Positions 7,086 to 14,883 of a stretch of 38,654 nucleotides of DNA are shown in pieces. The DNA is from a virus (taxonomy: Duplodnaviria > Caudoviricetes): the IMG/VR virus record IMGVR_UViG_3300024038_000010, positions 1 to 38,654 of that record; one strand, written 5' to 3'. Numbering within the stretch: the first letter of the stretch is position 1; each line of letters begins with the position of its first letter. Below the pieces are notes generated by a model. It did no database searches. It had not been told where the DNA came from and worked only from the letters and a program-made list of their open reading frames with translations. A program made the position numbers and the translations under genes.

Positions 7086-7310
7086 TCACTCAAATATGTA
7101 TTCCGGCCAGGGGAAGCCCTCATCGGTATCTGCACGACGCACAAGCTTCCCTGCGGCCTTGGCGGCGGCTGCGAAATCTGCGTTGCAAAGGCAGTTTTCG
7201 CGAGGGTCAACGCTGAAGGCCTTTGCATCGATCCCCAGCGCGTCGGCCAACTCGCCCACCGTTTCTATCAAGTCGCCGTCTGCAATCGCTACGACTGTGC
7301 ACATGACCAT
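7086..7310 (-). CDS. Hypothetical acidic protein (74 aa), first plausible gene of the pL operon
   Basis: AAAGGAG directly upstream (second Met at 7304 has better spacing); no family recognised. Confidence 0.6.
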   Translation of the reverse strand: MVMCTVVAIADGDLIETVGELADALGIDAKAFSVDPRENCLCNADFAAAAKAAGKLVRRADTDEGFPWPEYIFE

Positions 7311-7318
7311 CTCCTTTG

Positions 7319-7827
7319 TTCATTCGTCAGCCATCGCTCATGGAACGGGCTGACGGATGAATTCCGGGGCAGTGCATGGCTTAGCTGTTCCCTCGCAACC
7401 ATCTGGAATTTCCGGATAGTTGGTCATCGGCTCCAAGCCACGCACTGCCTCTTCAATCCACCGCAGGACCAGCAATGCAACTTGCCGGCCAAGGGAATGG
7501 ATAGCCTCATGCAGCGGCGCCTTTAGGGCGCTTGCATCGTCGTCTTTGGTCAGGGGAAGAGGATTGCGCCCTGGGCCTAGCCACCTTGCGGTCATCGGCC
7601 TGTTCTATCGCTTTGCATTGAGAGATCACGCAACATCCAGGTCTGGCGCCGGCTCGGGCCGCCATTCATGCCCGACATTCTTCCGACCCGGAATCGGCGT
7701 GGTGTACGTCACTGGGCGTCTACTTGGTGCGGGCCGACTCCCGCTCGAATGACCTCACAGCACGCATGCCTGCGGCTGCTTTCGACGTTGCTGACACCAG
7801 CGCCAGACCTGGCTGCTCGTGATCTCT
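7319..7827 (-). ncRNA. Long structured pL leader RNA (candidate)
   Basis: Long inverted repeats at 7621-7652/7797-7827, 7368-7382/7435-7449 and 7319-7332/7348-7361; no convincing ORF. Confidence 0.5.
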
Positions 7828-7829
7828 GG

Positions 7830-7842
7830 TTGTTAAAGAACG
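7830..7842 (-). promoter_or_regulatory. boxA antitermination element
   Basis: CGTTCTTTAACAA on minus strand, close to the boxA consensus (C/T)GCTCTTTAACA, about 110 nt downstream of pL. Confidence 0.7.
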
Positions 7843-7958
7843 GTGCTCGCCTTCCCCCATCCGACTTCGTGGCGGTACGTCTCCCTCTTGAGGCGATGCC
7901 CTGACTGCTGGCTGAGGGTCCGTGGGGGTCTTGCTGCGCTGTTTGATAGCGTGAAGTC

Positions 7959-8001
7959 ACTTTAGCTAAAGCGAAAGTTAAAGTCAAGCAAATGCGAAAG
8001 C
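7959..8001 (-). promoter_or_regulatory. pL promoter with two OL operators
   Basis: TTGACT (7987-7982)-17 bp-TAAAGT (7964-7959); 20-bp operators at 7959-7978 (ACTTTAGC-TAAA-GCGAAAGT) and 7982-8001 match the OR motif. Confidence 0.85.
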
Positions 8002-8009
8002 TAGGGACG

Positions 8010-8033
8010 AAAAAAAGCCCGCACTTGGCGGGC
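8010..8033 (-). terminator. Rho-independent terminator closing the immunity-region transcript
   Basis: GCCCGC-CAAGT-GCGGGC followed by T7 on the minus strand. Confidence 0.85.
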
Positions 8034-8048
8034 CGCATGGTTCTGCTG

Positions 8049-8237
8049 TTATCGAAGCCGCGGCGGAATGTTTGGCATCGCACTTCCGAACATTAGCACG
8101 AAGCAGCCGAACAGGACCACCAAGATCGTCGCCACGGAGAACACCTTTGCAATGATGGAAACGTCGCTACGGCCGAGCATGTCGACCATACGGGTGAAGA
8201 TGTAGGCGCCCATCATCAAGCCAATTATTGGTATCAC
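8049..8237 (-). CDS. Small two-TM membrane protein (62 aa), moron-like
   Basis: GTG start with AGGAGG RBS, TACAAT -10-like box at 8271-8266, two hydrophobic helices, terminator downstream. Confidence 0.75.
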   Translation of the reverse strand: MIPIIGLMMGAYIFTRMVDMLGRSDVSIIAKVFSVATILVVLFGCFVLMFGSAMPNIPPRLR

Positions 8238-8293
8238 TCTATCCCTCCTGTTGAAATGTTTTCCGATTGTAAGGCTAGAGGGCTGCGCTCAAC

Positions 8294-8319
8294 AAAAATC
8301 CACCCGGAGGTGGCTTTTG
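8294..8319 (-). terminator. Terminator-like hairpin after the 92-aa gene
   Basis: CCACC-TCCG-GGTGG followed by ATTTTTGTT on the minus strand; T-rich flanks on both strands. Confidence 0.6.
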
Positions 8320-8323
8320 CAAC

Positions 8324-8602
8324 CTACTTGCTCGTCATTTCCCGGATATGCCGGTGAGCTTCCAACTCTGAAATCGGCCGCCACGGTTGGCGTGGATTGC
8401 CATAGAGAAAGGCTTTTCCATTCTGGCGCCTGGCGGGCGTTACCCATAATAGGAAGTGCTGGCCTACTGGCTCGCTCTCGCGCATCGCCTTGGAGCATTC
8501 AACATTCAAACCGTCGCAGCCCTGACCAGGAACAGCTCGAGCTCTAATCTTTGACGAAGAAGCTTCGTTGGTGGCTCGGTATGTCACGATGACGATGTCC
8601 AT
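8324..8602 (-). CDS. Hypothetical protein (92 aa)
   Basis: GAGG RBS, bounded by two related hairpins. Confidence 0.65.
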   Translation of the reverse strand: MDIVIVTYRATNEASSSKIRARAVPGQGCDGLNVECSKAMRESEPVGQHFLLWVTPARRQNGKAFLYGNPRQPWRPISELEAHRHIREMTSK

Positions 8603-8618
8603 TGCCTCGCTCCAGGGA

Positions 8619-8638
8619 AAGCCACCCGAAGGTGGCTT
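8619..8638 (-). terminator. Hairpin with UUCG tetraloop after the DUF1828-like gene
   Basis: AAGCCACC-TTCG-GGTGGCTT; only a short T tract. Confidence 0.5.
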
Positions 8639-8642
8639 AGCT

Positions 8643-9395
8643 TTACTGTATCTGCGACGCGATCAACGTGCTGAAATCCAACGGGTTGAAGCTTACGGTC
8701 TTCCCCGTGTAGTAGTTCGCGCGTTCGAATTGTTTGGTCCCTACGGCGCGTTGGCTTTCAACTGCGGCGAGGACAAAGCCCGGCATGTTTTCTTGCTGAT
8801 AGCGCATGTGGATTAGCTCGGCCTCCAAAAGACGCTGTATCCCGCTCGCTGCGATTACGATCAAAGGTGTAGGGCTGTAGATCACATGGTCCGCCTTAAA
8901 CTCACCGGCGATAGGCAACTCGACATCAGTGCCATATTTGAACCCAACTTTTTGGGCGGCAGCCTCTACCGCTTGTGCCACTTTGATCTTGAAGTCGCTT
9001 TCCTTCCGCGGCTGCCGCGCCGTAGCTAAGGCGTACAAATTCTGTGCGGCCTCCGCAACTCGAAAGATATAAGCTGGGATCAAGCGCTCATCGGGTGCGT
9101 GCGCTCGGAGGATTTCGTTTTCGTCCGCTGACACAGGCGAGTGATCTGGCAGCTCTGCGAGCCAACGCTGGACAGATTCAAGTTCGACGTCGCCGTCTGC
9201 CATGTTCGCGTACAGCGCTGACTCGCCATTCTCATCGATGCTGAAGCCATGCTCTTCCGGCCGCACTCGCACGACAATACGGTCTCCGCTGCCTGAATAT
9301 TCTAGAGGCGTGACTATGCGCTGCACCCCGTTTTCATCGGAGTGCACTTCAAACAATGCGCAGATAGCCTGCTTGATTGTGCGGGTCAATTCCAT
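8643..9395 (-). CDS. DUF1828-like protein with possible C-terminal PD-(D/E)XK-like domain
   Basis: IVTPLEYSGSGDRIVVRV...FSIDENG resembles the DUF1828 N-terminal pattern (recognised by eye, no HMM run). Confidence 0.65.
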   Translation of the reverse strand: MELTRTIKQAICALFEVHSDENGVQRIVTPLEYSGSGDRIVVRVRPEEHGFSIDENGESALYANMADGDVELESVQRWLAELPDHSPVSADENEILRAHAPDERLIPAYIFRVAEAAQNLYALATARQPRKESDFKIKVAQAVEAAAQKVGFKYGTDVELPIAGEFKADHVIYSPTPLIVIAASGIQRLLEAELIHMRYQQENMPGFVLAAVESQRAVGTKQFERANYYTGKTVSFNPLDFSTLIASQIQ

Positions 9396-9886
9396 AAAAG
9401 GCCCGATCGATCATCATTCCTATTCTGTATTTGGATGCCGCAGATCTGGCAGAAGAACTCTATCAGGGCGAGTCTATCGTCATCCTTGGCAGGGTCGAGA
9501 TGCGGACGGGTGGTCAGGTTCAATTCCTGGCAATGCGTCAACATCCGCCCAGTGTAGTCTACGTCCGATCCACAAGGCGTGACACAGTGAAAGCCCTTGT
9601 GGCTCGGATGCCAATGGAACTCCAAGAGCGTTCGGTACTTTTCACCAGGAAGGCAGTCAACGAGGTAGCCATAGAAGTGCCTATCTGTGAAGATATCGCC
9701 ATCGCGCCAGATGAAGAACACGCTGTGGGAGTTGGACACTGGCAGCAACTTGCTGCCATGGGCTCGGGGCCTGCCCAATCGCCGATATTGCCCCGGCAAC
9801 GTATTTTTTTTCAGCGGCGAGAATGTAGGAATGTCCGCCAGAACTTTAGGTTCGCGTTTGTGTTGCCGAAGTACACGTTGGTCCAT
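9386..9886 (-). CDS. Hypothetical protein (166 aa), partner of the DUF1828-like gene
   Basis: Overlaps the start of 8643..9395 by 10 nt; His-rich motif EFHWHPSHKGFH. Confidence 0.7.
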   Translation of the reverse strand: MDQRVLRQHKREPKVLADIPTFSPLKKNTLPGQYRRLGRPRAHGSKLLPVSNSHSVFFIWRDGDIFTDRHFYGYLVDCLPGEKYRTLLEFHWHPSHKGFHCVTPCGSDVDYTGRMLTHCQELNLTTRPHLDPAKDDDRLALIEFFCQICGIQIQNRNDDRSGLLWN

Positions 9887-10041
9887 TTTTCTTATCGGAA
9901 TAGTTGACTCAATCTCGCCTTTGTAAACTGCTGCGGGGCTAGCATCTGCGCGCTCTCTACTGCACGTCCAGGAGCTTGGGCATCACGACCGCACCCACTG
10001 CCCCGCCTCATCGTCCCGCAGCCGCGCTGGCAGGCCGAAAG

Positions 10042-10434
10042 CTATTGCCCAGACACCTTCAGAGCCTTCGCGGTGCCGAAATAGCGAAAGTAGCAGTTGT
10101 AGCCAAGATTTCCCGGCTGCTGGACGATCTTAATGTCGCTTATTCCGTTAGCACCTTTGCCGAATGCATTGATCAGCAGATCGGACCGCACGGTTTCCTC
10201 TGTGGGTTTGGGCTCGTATAGATTTGCGTGGCAGCGGATAGCCGACACGTTGGCCAACACTTCAGCGCCTTCTGGTGTGGCGTCGTAAACGGTGAGTGCT
10301 TTGGTTGCCGCCTGGAGATCCACCACGCTGGCCGGCGCATTGCCACGACGCACGGTGGCGTCCTTTTCTTCTGGAGCTACGCTAATGCAGCCAGCGAGGA
10401 GGGCGACGGCAGCACAAAGAATTAGATTTCTCAT
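10042..10434 (-). CDS. Lipoprotein with RcsF-like domain
   Basis: Lipobox LLAGC. VSAIRC...P...VRSDLLINAFGKGANGI...NC...GTAKAL parallels the RcsF pattern (VSGDSC...P...ARKRMQINASKMKANAV...GC...GSAL) as recalled. Confidence 0.65.
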   Translation of the reverse strand: MRNLILCAAVALLAGCISVAPEEKDATVRRGNAPASVVDLQAATKALTVYDATPEGAEVLANVSAIRCHANLYEPKPTEETVRSDLLINAFGKGANGISDIKIVQQPGNLGYNCYFRYFGTAKALKVSGQ

Positions 10435-10454
10435 TTGGTCACATGGTCGTCGAA

Positions 10455-11138
10455 TTAAAAGTCACGGCTGCACCAAACTTTCAGCACGCGCCCGAACACT
10501 TCAAAGTCCATTCCAGGCGAAATGTCCCAGGAGTCATACTCTTTGTTCTCCGATTTGGCACGGAGGATCATCCCCGCTTCAGTTGGGATGCGTTGGAGCC
10601 TCTTGATGAACCCCTCTTGGCCGACGCGAAAAAAATAGACAGCATCGAACTCAACCGTAACGATTCCCACATCAATGATCAGGGGGTCTCCCGGGTTGTA
10701 CATGGGCTGCATAGAGTCGCCAAAGCCAGTGACGATGGCTAGGTTGGTCGCTGCCGAGTAGCTTTTTACGTTCTTCTGAAGCCACTCAGGACTGACTTTC
10801 AAACTTTCGATGATCCCAGGCTGGTCGCGAAGCTCAAGTCCGTCCCCCATCTTCCCCCCAGTATCAAACCTAGGAATAGAAAGCCGCTCTTCTGACCGTT
10901 TTGTTTCGGCCAACGTGTCCATCTCTGGTTGATCGAGTGCGCCAACCGGGAGACCGCATTTGGATTCGATCTTTCGAGCAGAGGACTCTCCCATGTTCCG
11001 CTCGCCACCAAGCCATTGGCCCGTCTGTGACAGGGAAATCCCTGTGCGATGTTTAAAGGCGGTGTGCGACCCTCCGAATTGCTCCGTTAGAAGTATCGCG
11101 AGGTTGCGGCGGCGAAGGGCGGCAATAGGGTTCTGCAT
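10455..11138 (-). CDS. cI: CI-like repressor (HTH plus S24 autopeptidase)
   Basis: N-terminal HTH, GDSMQP catalytic Ser and FIKRL catalytic Lys; divergent from cro. Confidence 0.95.
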   Translation of the reverse strand: MQNPIAALRRRNLAILLTEQFGGSHTAFKHRTGISLSQTGQWLGGERNMGESSARKIESKCGLPVGALDQPEMDTLAETKRSEERLSIPRFDTGGKMGDGLELRDQPGIIESLKVSPEWLQKNVKSYSAATNLAIVTGFGDSMQPMYNPGDPLIIDVGIVTVEFDAVYFFRVGQEGFIKRLQRIPTEAGMILRAKSENKEYDSWDISPGMDFEVFGRVLKVWCSRDF

Positions 11139-11147
11139 GGCTCCAAA

Positions 11148-11205
11148 ACTTTAGCATCAGCTAATTTCGCATAGGCTTGAATTTAACTTTCGCAAGTGCT
11201 AAAGT
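11148..11205. promoter_or_regulatory. OR operators with pR (and pRM-like promoter)
   Basis: Three 20-bp imperfect palindromes ACTTTMGC-N4-GCKAAAGT at 11148-11167, 11163-11182 and 11186-11205. pR = TTGAAT (11177)-17 bp-TAAAGT (11200). Leftward TAAAGT at 11153-11148 with a poor -35. Confidence 0.85.
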
Positions 11206-11211
11206 GATGGC

Positions 11212-11490
11212 ATGGAAAAGCGAAAACTTGAAGCCCTAGCGGCTTACACGAAGGCGAAACGAGGTCGGTTCACCGAGCTGGCGAAGCATCTCGACGTGTC
11301 AGGTTCGTACCTATCTCAAATGATTTCGGGCGAACGCCCGATGCCGGTCGTTTACGCGGCAGAGGTTGAGAAGTTCACTCGTGGCGAAGTTCCCAAAGAG
11401 TCGTGCAGACCCATAGACGGCTTGGCTATTTGGCAGCCCGCCCGGGGCAGAAGGCGCGTGAAGAGCGATGCCGCCTTGCCGGTCGGCTAG
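11212..11490 (+). CDS. cro: Cro-like HTH regulator (YdaS/Cro family)
   Basis: ELAKHLDVSGSYLSQMISGERP HTH, EKFTRGEV; divergent from cI. Confidence 0.88.
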   Translation: MEKRKLEALAAYTKAKRGRFTELAKHLDVSGSYLSQMISGERPMPVVYAAEVEKFTRGEVPKESCRPIDGLAIWQPARGRRRVKSDAALPVG

Positions 11491-11577
11491 TAGTGCGTGC
11501 TTGTTGTTTTTGAGTTGTTCCATGCGGTGAATCTTAATTGTGCGCCGCGCCAAAGAATATGTTCGGAGTCTGTCCCC

Positions 11578-12015
11578 ATGAACACAAAAGATGCTGCGTA
11601 CCACACCGTCCACGACTATGCGGGCGGTAGTGAATCGCTGGGGCCGCGTGTCGGCATATCTGCTGCGGTGCTGCGCAACAAGGTCAACCCGAACAACGAG
11701 ACCCACCATCTGACATTCTCCGAGGCACAGCGAATCGTCGATATGACGGACGACGATCGGATGCTCCGGGCATGGGCACACGCCCGAGGATTCTTGCTGG
11801 TTAAGGCCCCGGAAGGTTCGGATTGCGACATGTCCGTCTTGGAGGCGGTTGTTGAGACCGGCGTTGCTCACGGTCAGTGGATGCAGGCAATCCATTCAGC
11901 CCTGGCGGACGGCAAGGTGGACACGAGCGAAGTGCAGGCGATCAAGGCAGCTAAGCGTGCGTTGCAAACGGCTGCCGCGACAGCCACCCAGCGTGTTGAA
12001 GGCATGGTGGGCTAA
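11578..12015 (+). CDS. cII: Phage regulatory protein CII (CP76-like)
   Basis: DAAYHTVHDYAGGSESLGPRVGISAAVLRNKVNPN...HHLT and ALADGKVD motifs; GGAG RBS before ATG 11578. Confidence 0.85.
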   Translation: MNTKDAAYHTVHDYAGGSESLGPRVGISAAVLRNKVNPNNETHHLTFSEAQRIVDMTDDDRMLRAWAHARGFLLVKAPEGSDCDMSVLEAVVETGVAHGQWMQAIHSALADGKVDTSEVQAIKAAKRALQTAAATATQRVEGMVG

Positions 12016-12425
12016 TGGAACGCCAGGTGTTCATCCTCTCCCACCCGCTAGCGCGCCGCAATGCGGCTTACGCCTGCGCAAACGCTCCCGACGGCTACCG
12101 GGTAGAGATCAAGGAGCGCACTCGCACCCTTGATCAGAACGATTTGCTGTGGTCGATCCTGACGGATTTGTCCAAGCAGGTGGATTGGTCGATTAATGGC
12201 AAGTTGGAAAAGCTATCGCCGGAAGATTGGAAAGACATCCTGACGGCCAGCCTGGATCAAGAGCACCGTATCGCTGAAGGTATCCGCGGCGGGTTCGTCA
12301 TGCTCGGGCGCCGGACTAGCAAGATGGGTGTTCGCAAGATGAGCGAACTCATCAACTTCGCGCACTCAGTGGGTGATGAGAAGGGCGTCCAGTGGTCGCC
12401 CACCTCCATCGGGAGGGGAGCATGA
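12015..12425 (+). CDS. ninB: NinB/Orf family recombination protein
   Basis: RTLDQNDLLWSILTDLSKQVDW...EDWKDI...GRRTSKM motifs. Confidence 0.9.
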   Translation: MERQVFILSHPLARRNAAYACANAPDGYRVEIKERTRTLDQNDLLWSILTDLSKQVDWSINGKLEKLSPEDWKDILTASLDQEHRIAEGIRGGFVMLGRRTSKMGVRKMSELINFAHSVGDEKGVQWSPTSIGRGA

Positions 12426-12862
12426 CCTGGAACTCCACCCTCAAGCGAAGTACACCCTTTCGATCGCGTGGCGTCATTGCGCGCCGCAGTCAGCCCATGA
12501 AGTCAAAGGGCATGAAAGGCTCGTCGGTGTCGACCGCTCAGAAAACATTCCATGACCAGCTCGCGAGCCGCATTGGCTGCGTTGCGTGCCGTATGGACGG
12601 AATCTTCAACGACTACGTGTCGATCCACCACATCGACGGCCGGACGAAGCCCGACGCACATTGGAAGGTGTTGCCGCTCTGCGGAAGTCACCACCAAGAC
12701 GACGGCTTGGCTATCGCCGTCCACCCGCACAAGGCCATGTTTGAGACGCGCTATGGCAAGCAGATGGATCTGCTGGTGTGGTGCATCGAGCAGATTCAGT
12801 CGCAGGGCAGCGGCGTGCCTGACGGCGCACTTGCCGCCGCTGGGATGTTGGAGGTTGTGTGA
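12422..12862 (+). CDS. ref: Ref-family (recombination enhancement) HNH-like nuclease
   Basis: GCVAC...IHHIDGRTKPDAHWKVLPLCGSHH; ATGA overlap with ninB. Confidence 0.82.
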   Translation: MTWNSTLKRSTPFRSRGVIARRSQPMKSKGMKGSSVSTAQKTFHDQLASRIGCVACRMDGIFNDYVSIHHIDGRTKPDAHWKVLPLCGSHHQDDGLAIAVHPHKAMFETRYGKQMDLLVWCIEQIQSQGSGVPDGALAAAGMLEVV

Positions 12863-13782
12863 ACGCGATGCCGAAGTCTCCGCAGGTCGAGGACGGCCAC
12901 ATCAAGATCGCCAATGAGCTGTTCGAGGCGATCATGGCTTTTCCGTTCAAGCAGACCACGCTGCGTGTTCTGTTAGCGGTCCTGCGCAAGACGTATGGCT
13001 ACGGCAAGAAGGAAGACGACCTTTCTGCCTCTCAAATCGGAATGCTGCTGGGCGACATGAAACGCCAGCACATCACTACGGCGTTGAATGAATTGGCTGC
13101 CATGGGCGTTATCAGCAAGCGCCCGGGAAAGTACGGATCGTTAGTCGGAATAAACAAGGATTATTCGCGCTGGATCGCTAGTCCGAAATCCGGACAGGTG
13201 AACGAATCTCGGACTAGTCCGAATCTTGGACAGGTGAACGAAATCCGTGCATCTGCTAGTCCGAAATCCGGACAGGTGAACGAATCTCGGACTAGTCCGA
13301 ATCTTGGACAGGTGAACGAAATCCGTGCATCTGCTAGTCCGAAATCCGGACAGGTCGATAGTCCGAATCTCGGACACACAAAAGACAACCTTCCAAAAGA
13401 CAACCAACAAAATGAATCTGCTAACGCAGATTCCTGCGGCGAGCAAAGCGTCAAGCTCGCACTTGTCCCGACTCCGCCTCCCGTCATTGCTCTTCCGGTC
13501 AAAGACGGCTCCGAGTTCGAGATCACTGAAGACTTGGTGGCTGAGTGGAGTGCTGCCTATCCCGGAGTGGATGTACGCGGCGAGCTCGCAAAGGCTCGTG
13601 TCTGGCTGCGTGCTTCCCCTCAAAACCTGAAAACTCGCCGTGGCATGGGCAAATTCGTGGTGGGTTGGCTTAGCCGATCTGCCAAGCCCTCGTCAGGCTT
13701 TTCTTACGCGAGGAAATCAGCGCATGGAAACTTCAGCTTGCAGGACTACCACGCCGGAGTTGCAGCAGATGGCACTTTCTAG
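12859..13782 (+). CDS. Phage replication initiator (lambda O-like N-terminal domain)
   Basis: EDGHIKIANELFEAI...RKTYGYGKKED...SQI; internal iteron repeats; followed by a DnaC-like gene. Confidence 0.9.
   Translation: MNAMPKSPQVEDGHIKIANELFEAIMAFPFKQTTLRVLLAVLRKTYGYGKKEDDLSASQIGMLLGDMKRQHITTALNELAAMGVISKRPGKYGSLVGINKDYSRWIASPKSGQVNESRTSPNLGQVNEIRASASPKSGQVNESRTSPNLGQVNEIRASASPKSGQVDSPNLGHTKDNLPKDNQQNESANADSCGEQSVKLALVPTPPPVIALPVKDGSEFEITEDLVAEWSAAYPGVDVRGELAKARVWLRASPQNLKTRRGMGKFVVGWLSRSAKPSSGFSYARKSAHGNFSLQDYHAGVAADGTF
13177..13420 (+). repeat. Replication origin: iteron array with 78-bp tandem duplication and A-rich flank
   Basis: 78-bp unit starts at 13177, 13255 and (partial) 13333. It is built from ~18-bp imperfect palindromes TAGTCCGAA(ATC/TCT)YGGACA and followed by the A-rich stretch CAAAAGACAACC x2. 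Confidence 0.85.
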
Positions 13783-14521
13783 CCTGACTCCGGCCAAGGG
13801 CCACTGCGAGAAGCATGGCGACTTCGACGGCTACACGCTTGGTGGTGGTCCGCACTGCCCGACATGCGCCGAGGAGCAGATAGAGCGGGATCGCGCTGCT
13901 CAGCAAGAGGCCACGATGCGCGAGTATCGGCAACGTCGAGCCGACTACCTGCTGGGCAAGGCTGCGATCCCGCCCCGGTTCGCTGATCGCCGACTGTCGA
14001 ACTTCGTGTCCCATGCTGCAGGCCCTGCCAAAGCACTGCAGGTCGCGCAGCAGTTTGCTGACGAGTTCGAGGAATGTCAGAAATCCGGACGCAGCTTGAT
14101 CTTCTGCGGAGGGGTTGGTGCCGGGAAAACGCACCTCGCCGTAGGAATCTGCCACGAGATCATCGCCAAGGACAAAGTAGCCGTGTTCACGTCCGTTCTC
14201 TCAGCTATCCGTTCGATCAAAGAGACTTTTCGGAAGGGGTCTGAGCAGACTGAGGCCGAAGCCATCCGGGCGTTGGTGCAGCCCGACCTTCTGGTCCTCG
14301 ATGAGGTTGGCGTCCAGTTCGGCTCCGAGACGGAAAAGATGTACCTGTTCGAGATCATCAATGGTCGATATGAGGCCATGAAGCCGACCATTCTCCTAAG
14401 CAACCTGGCCAAGGACGCGTTGACCGAGTTTATCGGTGAGCGCGTGATTGACCGCCTACGTGAGGGTGGCGGCCGAATGGTGGTGTTCGATTGGCCCTCG
14501 TACCGGAGGGTTGCGCAATGA
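13769..14521 (+). CDS. DnaC/IstB-like ATPase (helicase loader)
   Basis: CEKHG...CPTC Zn site, Walker A GGVGAGKT, Walker B LLVLDEVG, GERVIDRL; start uncertain (13724 also possible). Confidence 0.93.
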   Translation: MALSSLTPAKGHCEKHGDFDGYTLGGGPHCPTCAEEQIERDRAAQQEATMREYRQRRADYLLGKAAIPPRFADRRLSNFVSHAAGPAKALQVAQQFADEFEECQKSGRSLIFCGGVGAGKTHLAVGICHEIIAKDKVAVFTSVLSAIRSIKETFRKGSEQTEAEAIRALVQPDLLVLDEVGVQFGSETEKMYLFEIINGRYEAMKPTILLSNLAKDALTEFIGERVIDRLREGGGRMVVFDWPSYRRVAQ

Positions 14522-14883
14522 CTGCATTGAAGAGGAGCCCGTCCGCGCCCTTGATCCTGAGGCACATCGCTAAGAATGAAGGCGTGTCATCGGTGGAAAT
14601 AGCTCAGGCGCTTGGCATGTCTCCTGACACGGTTCGATGGAACGTAGCCAGGCTGCTGCGGCACCATGAAATCCGAGTATCGGACTGGACCCCGCGTCCC
14701 CATGTTGGGGGACGTGGCCGCGCTCTATACGCCATTGGCCCGGGGCTAAGTGTGCCGTATCCCGCAAAGACGCGAAATGAAATCCTCAGCGCGCACAGGG
14801 AACGCGGAAAACTGAAGAAGCGCCTTGATAGAGGCGTCAATAGCGGCCCATTCCGCGTCTTGGTTGCGCAGGTGACGGTATGA
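14518..14883 (+). CDS. Winged-helix DNA-binding protein
   Basis: SSVEIAQALGMSPDTVRWNVARL HTH; ATGA overlaps with both neighbours. Confidence 0.75.
   Translation: MTALKRSPSAPLILRHIAKNEGVSSVEIAQALGMSPDTVRWNVARLLRHHEIRVSDWTPRPHVGGRGRALYAIGPGLSVPYPAKTRNEILSAHRERGKLKKRLDRGVNSGPFRVLVAQVTV

Noticed and set aside
7621-7827. tRNA or IS/MITE with terminal inverted repeats
   Set aside because: No cloverleaf or T-loop consensus. The arms are interrupted by an asymmetric internal loop, and no target-site duplication or transposase is seen.
7338-8083. ORFs 7338..7595, 7420..7752, 7668..7904 and 7709..8083 as genes (including an N antiterminator)
   Set aside because: No good RBS or recognisable motifs. 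They cross the promoter, operators or long RNA stems, and the region is better explained as a structured leader.
13177-13380. CRISPR array
   Set aside because: Units are tandem with no unique spacers, lie in frame within the initiator gene, and no cas genes are present; they are iterons.
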